A stretch of 61,178 bases of DNA, counting the filler, from Sphacelaria rigidula (lineage: Eukaryota): the NCBI GenBank assembly GCA_964200075.2. It is 2 parts of 2 records of this genome, joined end to end, with 100 filler letters (N's around TTAATTAATTAA, not from the genome) between each part and the next. Parts side by side here need not be neighbours in the genome. Positions count along the whole stretch, not along the records: positions 30,713 to 61,178 come from CAXNAA020000060.1; 1 more part is not named here. One strand, 5' to 3'. The translations under genes and the position numbers were made by a program. Shown here piece after piece: positions 36,001 through 49,200 of this stretch (position 1 is the stretch's first letter; each line of letters opens with the position of its first letter). Below the pieces are notes generated by a model. That model saw only the letters and a program-made list of their open reading frames with translations. It did not search any database and was not told the origin of the DNA.

Positions 36001-39000
36001 ATGAGCGTTCGCGCCCTGCACACGTCACCGGATTTCTCAGGACTGTGGTGCAACCAGCAGCAGGCCACGATTTCTTGATCGTCGAGTTTTTCGGTCGTGT
36101 CGGCAAGGTGTACATGAACAAAAACGGGTATATTTGGGTGTCCACTGCAGAGCGCTTGCAGCAGGGTCACCGTTGAACAAAACGGGCATGTAGGTGTGCG
36201 TCAAAGAACATAAAAGAGTACGTGTGAGAACAAAGTCGGGTACGATATGACTTTGTTCGTGAGCGTTGGGTATTCCCGGCTGGTTTGTTGACGAAGTAGG
36301 GTACTCTAACAAGATCTCTTTCTCTGTGCTCTAGCTAAGCCTGCGGCGATGTATAAAAGATGTTGGACGTGCTCTCCAACCACGTTGGGTGTGTGGTTGG
36401 GGCGCTGGAAAGTGTTTTGGCGGTGCCCAGGCCGCGTGCAGCGCGGCCCTTTGAACCGAAAAGTGCGCTACACGTTTTTGTTCCTGAAGGAACATGGTAT
36501 AACCCCATTTTGTTTTTCAAACCACGGAGTATACATCCATTGTATATATTCCTCTAGATGGTAGCTTGTAGTCGAGAATATCTTTTAACATGCTGTCGCA
36601 TCAACCGCCGAATTTGTTTTCACGAGGCACTCTGCTGACGCCGTTTATTCCCGTTCAGTTAGCAGGGATCACGGATCTTCTCCAAACCTCAAGAATATCA
36701 TCCGTCCGACTTACGAAGGGTTTTGCTCAAACGTACGATTTATCGTTGAGTTATATGCGTTCGAGCACTAGCCTTCTTTCGTGACGTATACAGAGATCGC
36801 AGTGGTAGATGACAACGTTGTAGGCCCTTATAGTTTGTCAAAACATGTTGTCGAGATGACTGTATCTCGGTAACTTTCGCGTTGGCGCAGTCCAGATCTC
36901 CATGATCCGCGCGTTCAAGTCATGCAGAAGAAATTGGAATCAAAAGCCAGACCATTGGCTGCTTTGCCCTGTGTAAAGGTGAAACCATGTGCGTCCCACT
37001 GCATACTTGCCGTTCGCTAGAGAGGTTCGTGCATACAGCAGATCATTAGTGAATCCCTCCGGGGCCAGCGAACTGCACGTAGTGGTATAGGATCCCCGAA
37101 GGCTTCAGACCGATGTAAACTTGCGTAGGTCAGCAGGTAGAACATCCGGTCCCATCGCTTTGCCGTTCCCCATAGCTCTCAGTGCCTCTCTTGCTCTATC
37201 CGGGATCGGCGGGTCTCCAAGTGACTACACTTTCGGTCGTTACGCGATGCTCTCGATGACGGTTTGATCGATGATTACCGATATGATATTCCGCACAGTA
37301 CGAATGTACCGTTTCCGTCGCTCACAGATTGGGCCCTTGTGCCACAGAAAATTTCCGTCCTCGCCCGTCATGTACTGCTCGCTCTCTAGGTTTCCTCCCG
37401 CCAATCTCCGTCCTCCTCTCAGATGCTCCTACCGCTCTGTCATGTCTCCAATTCTTAAACACTCTCCCAGTTCCTCCGCATACGCGTGTCGGTACCTCAA
37501 CCAAACTTGAATAATCTCTTTGAGCCTCCTGCACGTTGCTCGCAAGGTGCGCCATGCGATGCTACTGCTACCTCTTGGCCCTACTCGTGTCGCCAGTCTC
37601 GCCCTCCTTCAATCAATCCAAGCCCGTTCGAACTCGGCTCGGATCGCGCCGTCCTTAAACGATCTTTGTAAATGGGGCTATCGGGTCGACCATAACATCA
37701 CCGTCTCGGCCGATTTCAGAAGTGTGTCGACAAGAATTGTAGCTAACCACGATGCTGCGATCTGAGTCCGGCCGGTTGGGCGGCTGGGGGGTTGCGGTGA
37801 CATTTCGACCAACCCGGCGGTGGTTTACTCGTGATGATGATGTAAGGTTATGGCCTTCTCTTCCATGGGAAGACTCGCGATGCCGGTGAATGTACCCGGC
37901 GTGCCTCGGTTGGGCGTAAAAAATGTTCTAACCGGGGCAAAGCTGTTGTTACCTTCAAGCTGTGGTAGTGCAATGTCGGTGCTGTCGCTTGCTCGGAGTC
38001 CCTGCTGTGTTACTCTATTATTTCACTATCTTCCTGTCCTGCTCGTACCCCGTTACAAGCTTTGGTATCTATCAAAACAAACAGGTGGTCATCGCCGGGA
38101 ACTTGGCTCACAGTGCTGTCCGGCTCAGTCCAGAACATGTCCTTTCGCTGGATTTTCGCTCGTCTGTGGGAGCAAAGGCAACTTCCGAACGTGGTAGTGT
38201 TCGACTTGCCTGCTACGTTGAAGGCCATGGCCATGAGGCGCTCGCTGACGAACGCCCGTGTCCATGTAGCTTTACTGATCATCGGCTCCTTCATCACCAA
38301 CTTGATCCATGCTGCTCAGCCCTTCGCTTGCATCCTTCCACTCCGCAGCAGAAGTCTCGGTATCCTGCGGCAGAGGGCTCCGTTCTGGCAGGTCTTTGTG
38401 TGTTTTGCAGCCCGATGACATCTCAACATGTCGCTCTGTATATTTGCAGCCCGATGAAATCTCAACATATCGCTGTGTATATTCGCTGAAACACCACAGG
38501 ATGACCAGCCCCGTTCTGTTCGACGAAGGACACTGCACAAACGCACCGTGAGCTCCGTTGTACAGAACCTAGCTCTAGCTCTATCTGCATCGTCGAGCCT
38601 TCCTTTTTGTTCTGTTCTCTCGAGGTTTCACCGTACTCTTTCGTGCGTGCAATTTTCTGTCCTGATTCTTTCGGTGGTCTATCCATCTAGGTATGTGTCC
38701 TTCATTTCGGTCTCACGGGGAAGGTGCAGCCGTCCCAGCTTCCGTCGGCGGCTAACTTCATTCCGCCGAGAATGGCGCTTACTGACTCGTGTCTCATCTC
38801 GATCAAAGCGTTTTCCGTTACCAAGTTCTGACTTCTGGGTAAAGCTCCGCAATCCGCAGATGAGGTCAAGTCCCAGCACGGGGTGGAACTCTGAACCTGT
38901 AGAAGTCAGCCTCGAGCGCCAAACGTTCGACGTAGCCCCTCTATAGGATTGCAGCATTTTGTTCATTGAAATGTGGTGTTTTCATTGACCAGCTCCGCGT

Positions 39001-42000
39001 TGAGAAAGATGTGCTGTTCAAACCTATTTTTGCTACGTAGATTTTCGACTCAAAAGACATTTTGGAACCTATTCCCTGGCGGTGGTCGCTGCTGTCTCTG
39101 TCCGACGAGGCTCATTCATGGACAGTAGCGGTTCAAGTTAAGGTCAGTCAGGTTAAGTGCCCCCTTTCGAACAGATTTTTTTTGTCTGCCAGTCACGCGG
39201 ATTTCGATTTTTTGCGGCTGATGGGTGAGCCTGCAGGTGGACTACCGTCCCGCTAGCTCCCCGCCACCCACACTTAGGTTGATACCTCGGGATGGCATGG
39301 CGATGCACGTGCGTCTATGTCTGCAGAGATACTGGCTTATTTCCAAAGCATTGACCTGAGCGAATTCCAGCGACACTGACTGTTCAGCGTACCCCCGGGA
39401 AATTGACACATAACTACTGTAAGTAGGACGATGTGCTCGCTCGGTCAACGTGTTTTCGTTGTGTTGTGGTGTCTTACTTCGGTTTACAGGCGGGCAGCGT
39501 GCGTGCCTCTACGTCGGCAGAAGTGCTAGAAGGGCTGCTGGGAAAGCACCCTGTGGTCGCTCCGATCTTGGAGTTTCGCGGCGTGAACAAGCTCAAGACG
39601 ACGTGTGTATACATGTATTTGAGTTGAATGATTTGATCAATTAACTGTTTTCCTTGCATCAACATATCCGCCATATATCCAGCCGCGGTCGCACGATGAA
39701 TACAGTCAAGGGAAAAAGCACCAGGAAGACTGTCTAAGACCTGAGGAAAGGGGGAAAATGAGAAAGTAAGAATAGCAGAGATCCCCAGAAACCAACCGCA
39801 ACAGACCTCCTACCAGGGGAAATAAACGATTTTTGCATTCATTTTGTGTGCTTTATATAGTATTGCAGTCGTGCAGGCTAACTACTGAGCATCGTTACTG
39901 TTAAGTCGACCGTCAAAATTGCCCGTGTGTGGTCGTGCCGTTTGCCCGTGAGAAAGTGCGTTGTGCGCAGGGCACTCGAACATGTACATCTGTGTGTGTA
40001 CCTCCACTTGCACAAGATTTTCATACTGTGCCAGATACAAATGATGTAGAGTACTACCTACGCTCCCGTGAGCCCCCATGTGCCCATTGTATACGGGCTT
40101 TCACGGGGTCAGTATGCCCTGCAGTGCTCCGGCGAGTGCGCCACACGAACCCCGAATCGCAGTGCCGATCGCGATCCAGTTTTTTTTTTTTTCCGTTGAC
40201 AGAAGGAAGGAACCCTCACCCAACACTCACCCCGCAAACGCTTTCATGGGCCGATTACCCGAAGGCTCGGCTAGATGCCTCTCGGCAGTCATGCGGGGTG
40301 AGCGCCTCGTGCGTTCGGACAACGTTGCTAAAAATCAGTTTGGAAGTTGGACCCACTAAACCCCCTGTCAACTTGACGCTGTGCACGCATCGCCCTCCTC
40401 TTATGAACTTCGGCCCTAGACCGCGCCCCAGTTGTGCCTTAGTCAAGGCTGAAAATACAGCGAGAAAATATGAATAATTCGGTTGTGCGCTCCATCTCCT
40501 CTCGGAGCCCACCGATCGCGGTCCAAGTACTGTAGATGAGGTTTCGCTTGGGTCGTATCACGTAGCTCAGACTGTATGGAGCTATCCACGATTTCTCCTG
40601 AGCCCTGCCTAAGCCCTACATAATGATCACCCGAAAGAACAAATTACCGGTGTAATCCCTAATCTACAATCGCACAAGGTGCGCGGGTAGGCATGTGTGA
40701 AGAAGAATTGAGGTCTTGAGGCTGCGGAAGTGCTGACCCGATTGTCGATCAAGACTCGGTGGGGCAGTCTCCAGGAAGAGCTGGTTTCATTATCCCTCGT
40801 GGTGCAGACTCACTCATTTTGAGAAATGGGTTGGAGGGATGGGGGTATTGAACGTTAGACCGAAGGAGACGAAACGTGCACGTTGACAAGCCTACCGGAA
40901 ATATCGGTGAGTGTGACGCATGGCTGCACACACCGCATTGATTGTTGACGTGTCCCTGTACCCGTGTTCCCAAAACCTTATTCAAACCCGAAAATCCCAC
41001 CCTGATGTCTCAGCGAAGTACTTGAGAACCCCTGTGGAATTATCGCCTCGATACAGCCAAACCCCATGAGAAACCCGTACCCCTTATAAATTGCCGTATA
41101 CACTTTGCTTCAAAGGTACGTCGATAAGCTTGCAGAAAAAGCAGTGGGTGCGGCCCCCGCAAGCAGCGCCGTGCCCGCCAGCCAAGGGGTAGGTGCCGCG
41201 CGGATACACGCAGCATGGAACCAGACCTCCGTGAGGACTGGGCGTCTCAGCTGCTCACGGCCAAACCTGCAGCAGGTGTGTGATGAGGGACCGAATGTAT
41301 TTATATTGCTTTGTTGTGGTGTGCAGTACGCATATTCATTTCATTGAGATCGATTGTGCTTGGGCACCTGTGTTGTTCCAGACCAAATATGCAGCAGGTG
41401 GATGCGTGATGTGGGGATCGTATTCTTGCTTTTACTGTTGTCGTCGTTGCCGTTGTTGTCCTCTTTGTGTTGACTTCATGTTTCCGTGTGGTCAGGCGTT
41501 CGCCCCAAACTCCTCCCTTCTTGAAGACTGTGACCCCCCGCCCCCCCCCTCCTTGCCCACGTAACGTAGACGAGGAAGAACACCTGAAGATGTACGGGGG
41601 TTTGAGAAACGGGATAGGGATGAAATCATATCTGCACGGCCTAATGGACTTCTTGAAAAATGGAAACTGCGATTTCGGGTAGGGGACCTTGATCTGCTAG
41701 GAGGAAGAAAGAGATATACCGGTAGTCGAGAGGAGGAGGAAGTAGATGTACAGAATAACCCCTGTGGCGAAGCAATAGAGAGCAGAACTTATATAGTGGC
41801 AGAATGTGAAGTACACAAGGAGGAACGGGACGTGCTAGAGGGGGAAATGCGGGACGTGAACAAAGGTGATATGAAATCGTTTGATGCATTCGACGGTAGG
41901 GAGACATCGATGGCTATACGGGGATAGATGTTGGCCACAGAGGCAAAGCAGGAAGGGGATAAGATATGTAAAAGATTTTTGTGTAATGTAGGAACGATGC

Positions 42001-43182
42001 TCCGTCTTGAGAGGGATGCGTGGTCAATGGTCAAACGACTAAGGCAAGCAGCGAATGAGTACGTGCCCTCCCACCCCCCTCCCCCCCCTCCCCCCCTGCG
42101 TCCAGATCCCAAAGGGTAGCGATCCCCTTGCTGGTGTGGCCGGCGTGAATATCCGCGATGCGTTTGCGGCTTCGAGAAACTTCACGCTCATGGCGGCAGA
42201 CTACAGCCAGATAGAGGTACATCCATATTTTGGTGACTGTCGCTGCTATCGTCACTTCTGGTGAAACTCGCACAGCTACACGCTTGTAGATTTCTGTTCC
42301 AGTGTTGACTCTCAAGCCTTTGGGAAGGATCATGCGCAGCACACATGTATTTTTCGTTTTCATTCAACCTTGTGTTTGTTGTTGATGATTTTCCGGTCAG
42401 TTTCATGACAGAAGTAGACTCCGCAGGAAGCATCGCTGGACGTTCTTGTTTTACCGGCGGTGCTTTCGCCGTTGTTTTCACCCAGATGCGGGTGCTGGCG
42501 GATGCCTGTCAAGACCCCGGCTTGTCCAAGTTGTTCGCCTCATTGGGCAGCGACGGAGCCAGCAGCGGAGGAGGTGATGTTTACCGTGGCCTGGCCGCCG
42601 AGGTAATAACATCTAGCAAACTCTGTCATACATATCAACAGATTCGCAGATGTGTTTGTCGTTAGTGTCCTGTGTGTGCCCTTTTATCAGGTGGGTGCAC
42701 AACCCCTTCATAATTCAAAGCTGTATCTCCGTCGTCGACTTATCCTGGTACAGTGCTTGAGGTATCGTGATGGCATCTCGTATGATCAACTACCTATCAC
42801 GGTGTATGCAAAGACGCAGTTTAGTGCCTCGCCTCCGTAAGATTCATAGGTGAGAGCTCATATCCAAAGTAGTGCGGCCGAAATAGATGAGCCGAAATCT
42901 GTTCCCGCGGTTCGTCGTTTCTGTTTTCGATTGGGTATGAATGCGTGTGCTGTCGCGCAAGAATTTTCCCGCCTGAAGTCATGTTGCAGAGGCCGGCCAT
43001 TTCTACTTTTTTTTTTCTCGTCTTTTTTTTTCCTCTCTGTCTACGTTTCCTGTCTGTTCTACCTTTCTGTTTTTCTTCACTCCTTCAGTGACTGTTCCCG
43101 TTTCGATTTACCTCCGGTACGGTCGTCATGAGACCACGGCTGGATCCCTTGGAGATCAGTTAATGTGCGACAATAATGCAGA

Positions 43183-43213
<31 letters not shown>

Positions 43214-46200
43214 CATTCCCGGAAGCCATGCGCCAGGGAGCTGCCGCTTTTTTCATTTCTTCTCATTTTCACCTCACTGTGTTGTCCCTTTTTCCCTCCT
43301 CTTCCCTCTCTTTTTCGAGGAACCGAGTGTTCCGTTTGTTTGTCTTGTGTGTCAATTTTTTGACATGATTGGATTCGCAGTTGATTCGCTACACAATGAA
43401 TTGGTGGTGTCTACGATGATGATAATGATAATGATAACGATGATGATGCGATGGGTATTTTGTATCAAATCTCCTCACACGGCTCAAAAGATACCACGAT
43501 GATATCGTAAAAATCATACATCATTTTCATGTGAAAAACGTCCAGGTATTCAAGAAGGAGGCGGGCACCGTGAGCGACGCGGAGAGAACACGAGCAAAAG
43601 TCGTGTGCCTAGGCATCATATACGGTGAGAGGGCGAGATCGAGGCGATGCCCACGTGTTACATGTCCGGCACTCCCTGCACAACGCTCATCGACGTGTAC
43701 GCTAGCTTTCGTCTCCTTCCGACCGGCATGGAGGAATGGTGAATCGTATTCTGTCGAGGATTGTGATATTCACATAATCGCGTATTCATTCACGTTTGCG
43801 AAGTATGACGATGCAAAGAGTGAACCAGGTGCGGAGTGCAATCGAGCATTTTTGGTTTATAACGCAGCACCAAAATGTGACCATGCCAATATGCAGGTTT
43901 GAACCCAGTTCGTTTTCCCTTCCTCGCTCCCTCCCCGGAAACACACTATCTTTTTCCGTATGTTGCCGAATGCGGCTTTCATGCTATTTTTTGTGGCTTG
44001 TATGCCTCGCTCCATATAGCTTAGCTCTTTTCGATGTTTTGGGGCCTCCCTACTTGAGAGCTCGTGGTTGAGAATTTGTGCATCATCCGGTTCCGTTTCC
44101 CGAGAGCTGAATCACAACCTGCTGATCAGACCTTGTTTTTGCACGAGCCACTGCTTGAAATCCTGTCCGGGGCTTTTCGTCCTGTTTCTGCTTCTCAGCT
44201 AACCTTAACCTCACATCTCCGTCGAAAATATATGTTTATTTCTCGCCTCATGCCGTCTTCCTTATCCCGAAGCTTCCTCGTGTGACTGCATTTTCCCATC
44301 TTCATCTGGTCCACTTCGAGACCGCGGCTGGATCCACAGTGGATCCGTTCGTGGGAGACGATCAAATGATACAATTAATCAATTTGCGTACTGTTGTCTG
44401 TGCCTGAAAATTCTTTCACAGACGTATCATGCAGACTGACAGTATCTCCTTGCAAAAAAACATTCGGATAGGAGTGTTGAACACACGTGAAAAAACACAG
44501 AACTGGACACGAATGGATCATACGGTCAGGCGATAAACGGGATCTCAACACCCCTCACGATGCCTGAGCATGCAAACATACATTTCACGGATCACCTACT
44601 TGCCGTGCCTCACATTTGTTTACACTACTGCTCTTGTGCGGTGGGCCCTAACAGCAACACGTGCGCCAAAAACGCGACGAACGCCGTTGAACAGCATCAT
44701 TTACATTTTTCCTTTTCCCCATGTACTTGAACTTGTCCCCTTCTGGGACGATTCCGTAGTCTTAAGGTCTCCGTCGAACTCTCTCGCGGTGCACGCCTGC
44801 CATCTTGGCATCGCGGATGAGATCAGCGCTCCCACACAGCGTCGACCTATTTCAAACCTCCTCGTGCTACTGTCGTCTTCACCTTCCAACCACTGAAATC
44901 AGAAAATCCCGAGAAAACGCAGATGATGGTATCTTCCGAAACGAATCGATCCCCCTACTCCGCTCTGACCGGCTTCAAGATGTACCAGTCAGAAAACCAC
45001 GGCGCGGCTGTCGGAGGTGTACATTGTATGCGTATGCACAGCACTTCACACCGCTGGGTTTTTCACGCGCCATAATTTATCATACCTGAAGTTGGGGGGA
45101 GAAACACAACACAAGTTGCCGCAAATTTTGGTGGGAGCTGAGTGACTGCACGCAGAAATGATACTCAATACTCAACTTACGGGATAGCTTGCATAAAGAA
45201 CGCGATACATGTACAACGTAGATATCTGATTTTTTGTGGCGTAACTGCGCATGTTCTTTCATGCGTGGAGCCACCTACTGTTATCAATCGCCATGTTTTT
45301 CTTGTTCGCCTGTTCCCGACCGCGGTTTCCAAATAGGCATGGGCACTCCTCAGGTGGCGCGTAAGCTGGGGGTTACGGAATCACAGGTGTGTGGTAGTAC
45401 AATATAGGTTCTCGAGGTACACAGCACTGCAGTGGGTTGTTCGTTTTTGTGGTGTGCTCCTATATTTGTCGCAGTATACACGACCGGCTTCAACAGTGTG
45501 CGATGCTGCTAGTAGTGCCCTGCTACCCCTTCCCGTCCTCTGAGCACCCGGCCTTCCCCTCATGAATACCCGCTACCGGCGTCTTGCTTCGTTTTGTTGG
45601 GACGGGAATACTTCATGAGAAAGTGGAAGAATGCCTGCTGCTCGGCCATGCTTTGCCTCAGCTGTGTATCGTCGGGAGTTACTGTTATATTGTTTTCGTT
45701 TAACCAGTCCGTGGGGCTTCAACCCCCTATGCCCCCCATTCCATTTTCCCCTTATTTTCTTGTCTTGAAGTTTTGCTCATCTTTGTTTTTATTCTCCCCC
45801 CCCCCACCCCTCCCTTTCTTTTCTCCCTATTTTTTTTCCCCCTCTGTGCTTGATATTCGATCGATTGCACGCTACGCGATACACCTCGCAAATATGTGAT
45901 GGACTTTCTACTTCGCATACTTAGGCTCACGGGCTGGTGCGATCGTTCCTTAAAGCATTTCCGAAGATCGAGCCATTCTTGGCGGCTACGCGAAGGTACT
46001 GTTTTCGCTCGGTAGGCACAATTTGGCTTTTTTCCGGACCACTTATCGTATCGGAACAATTGTTTTCGGAAAGAGAAGAAGAAACCAGATGTTCTGTATG
46101 GTTGAATATCGCACGAATATCACTTTGTGCTTACCCGGCTTTTCGCCGTTTTCGGGAGAAATGCGGCGAAATGCCTTTCAATGATGAGATGTACTGACGT

Positions 46201-49200
46201 CTGAGAATGGGAATCAGGATGCACGTGCTAGTTAGTTCAACCTGACCACTAACAATCATTTTCCTGAGGGTTAAAGGCGGTGGTTGCTACCTGCCACTGC
46301 CAGTGCACTGCAACAAAGGAATACTAGGTCCAGCACTCTACTTCCACCTGGCCCTATTCGATATCATGACTATCAGTTGCCTACAGAAATTCGAATGGAG
46401 TAGTGAACTGAATATTACATTCTGCCCAACTTGAGACACGTGTTGAATCACGCCTTCTCCTACGGTATCTTGTTTGTCCCAATTTGAAACCCTCCCCTTC
46501 CCTGGGACGAGTCGATGGTCTAATGGTCTCGAGAGATCGACACATTTCTCCCCGGTACGCCTGGCTCCCGAAAAGAAAGGGTGACGTTTGGGCTTCGCCG
46601 AATGAACGAGGTTGATGGAATGCTCGGCTGATTTTCACCTGTTCTTGTGCACCCGGGAACGGTGCTTGTTGAGTTTGCTCCTGTGTTGCCATGGCGTAGG
46701 TACGCTCGAGACAAGGGCTACGTGTGCACTCTCACGGGAAGGCGGCGCCACCTGCCCGAGATCAACAACGCCCGCAGCGCCGTGCTCAAGGCACAGGCGG
46801 AAAGACAGGCGGTCAATTCAGTCGTGCAGGTGAACACATGTGTGCAGTCGTGTTTCCGTGTCTCATTGTCCCTTCGTGGTTGTGTCTACTGCTACAGTTA
46901 GAGTAGTCGCAGTGCTTGGTACGAGAGCGGCATCAAGTTTTATTCGCCAATCAGATCCCGGTATGTATCTAGGATAGGTCAGGATCGGATATTGCGAACC
47001 CCCACCCCACCACAACCATTTTTCGGAGCGATTAAAAGAACAAGCTACCCGCATTTTGTTTCTCCATTTGGATGTCATGATTCCCTATCCCGTTCGTTGC
47101 GGGGAGTATTCTAGACGCGGAAAACGTACTTGTGGGATGAAAAACACGTGGATTTCAGGTGACGGAGGCGGGCGGCGGGAAGGCGCACGCACCTCCTCTG
47201 TGCCACTTTCTGAGTACATGGTCAAACTCATGCAGGAAGTTACGGCCCCTGGGTGTTACCGCGTTTGAACTGTTTGCCGACCTTCAAAGTGTCAGCTGCG
47301 AACCCCAGATGCATGAAAAATGCCCGGCAATGTTCATTCGCTCGCCGTTGTTCGAAAAGACCGCGATAACAGTGTGCGGGAAGACTCTCTCACCTGTCCC
47401 GTCACCATCGAATATCATGCTTCCAGTCGACTATACACAGTATTCCGCGTCAGTCTCGATGTAAATTCTTGCGTTACGGTGTTTCTCGTCGGTGGATGCT
47501 AAACAAGAAAGGCTGAACGTACTTCGCGAGAAATACCGTGAACTATGTCTACACGGTTTGTTGATATTTTGCGTAGTGACGCACAACACGCCCTTGGTGT
47601 CGAACTCATCGCCCGCACCACTCGCCAGACTAAACGTTTTCGCGAATATCGAGAGGTCCGTCTTTCCAGCTGCCTCGTAGGCCCACGCTAGCTTACAGGA
47701 GGCGCGAAAGCCCCCCCCGCTGACCCCCTTGTGCATTCGGTCGGAGACGTGATATGGTTGTTGCCCGTGTTACACCCGCTGCCACCCCCCCTCCCCTTCT
47801 CTTGGTCTCGTTGTTCCCTCCGGCTCTTCTTCACGACTTCGTCGGGTTCCCTCTCCTTCACCTCCTCCTCTTGCTCCTTCTCCTCCTCCCCCCCTTCACT
47901 CTGTTTATCTGGGTAGGTGCCCTCACTCCCCCAGCTTTAGCTGCCTGCACTAGTTTCCTCAGTGGCATCTATCTTAGCCCCTACCACCTTTCCTGCTGTC
48001 GCCCGTTCCGTGGGTTCCTCGTCATTTTTCCCGCCGTCTTATTGTGTCCCACCTTGCGGTCGCCCCTGTGGCTCAGTTGGTAACCTCGAATCCTTCTGAT
48101 GGTTGGGTCGTCGGTTCGAATCTCGGTGCAGTCACGCGATCTAGGTCTTTCATCTCTCACAATTCTCAGCAGTGGAAAGCGACGATGTCGTGGGTTCACG
48201 GAATTAGACTTCACGGTTGACGAGGGAAAGAGACTGCTGAACCCCTCTCGCGATACAAAACAAGGTAAGCACCGCAGAAGGAAGGTGTAGTACTGAAGGA
48301 AAAAAAATGAAAAACCTCCCGTGCTGGCCCCCCTACTGTTTGACCCCGGCTGATGCGCCCACATATACCGAAAGGTGGAGACCGGCGTCCAGACTAGACA
48401 GGACGACAACCCCCACACAACACACCTTGCGCGATCCACCCCTTACTCGTCCAGACTTTAGCTTTGAAGACGTTCCGGAGGTGGCCAGTACAAGGTTCTC
48501 CTCATTTGGCGCAGTGTACTCTTTGGCAAGGGCCTTCGTCATATTGCCGATATGGAGCAGGATGGATCGATCTCGGTGTTTAGTCGCCACGTGGTTGCTC
48601 ATGCCATACCTCTAGACATACCGTGCTTGCTCGCAAAACGTACTAGCATGGACAAATTGGTTGACGACCGTGACTCCTTGGGTAGTCTTGCAGAAGAAGC
48701 GCGGGGGTATACTTCCTCGCCGCGCATGTGCACCCTTGGTGCATAGCGACAGTTGGGCAGCAGCACCCTTTGAGCCCCCTTCTCTGTGACTGGAGCCTTG
48801 ATTGAAGAACGGCATTGTCCCGACTGGAGGCAAAATCCACAGATATATCACTTTTGCAAGTGTTCGTGCTCAAGGATGTGCCGAGTAACATGACGGCACA
48901 TGCTCTTCCTGTTCACATCAACTTGACAAGTCGTGCACGCGACATATTCGGGTGCACCCCCTGTGTGCTGAAGGTTGACTTGTCCGACATATCGGAGTAG
49001 GTGAAATCTTCGTCAATAGGTAATGGACTCACCTGTCCAGTCGGGTATTGCAGCTGTATTGAAAGGGCGCTCCAGCCCTTGAGCCCATCAACGGTGGTAA
49101 AAAGAGCTCCCCTCAGACTCTCGAGGTCATCCTGTGTGAACTGAATCGTCGTGAAGGCATCGTTCATATATCGGGATTTAGCTGCACCGCAAACTTGGTG

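Noticed and set aside
36600-38970. Possible degenerate retroelement ORFs in a polymerase intron
   Set aside because: Fragmented frames with no diagnostic motif that I could identify.
48058-48135. tRNA gene (also 26590-26667)
   Set aside because: A and B boxes are present, but I could not build a convincing cloverleaf, and both copies continue into the same 290-bp body with a CA tail; one has a TSD. These are SINE heads.
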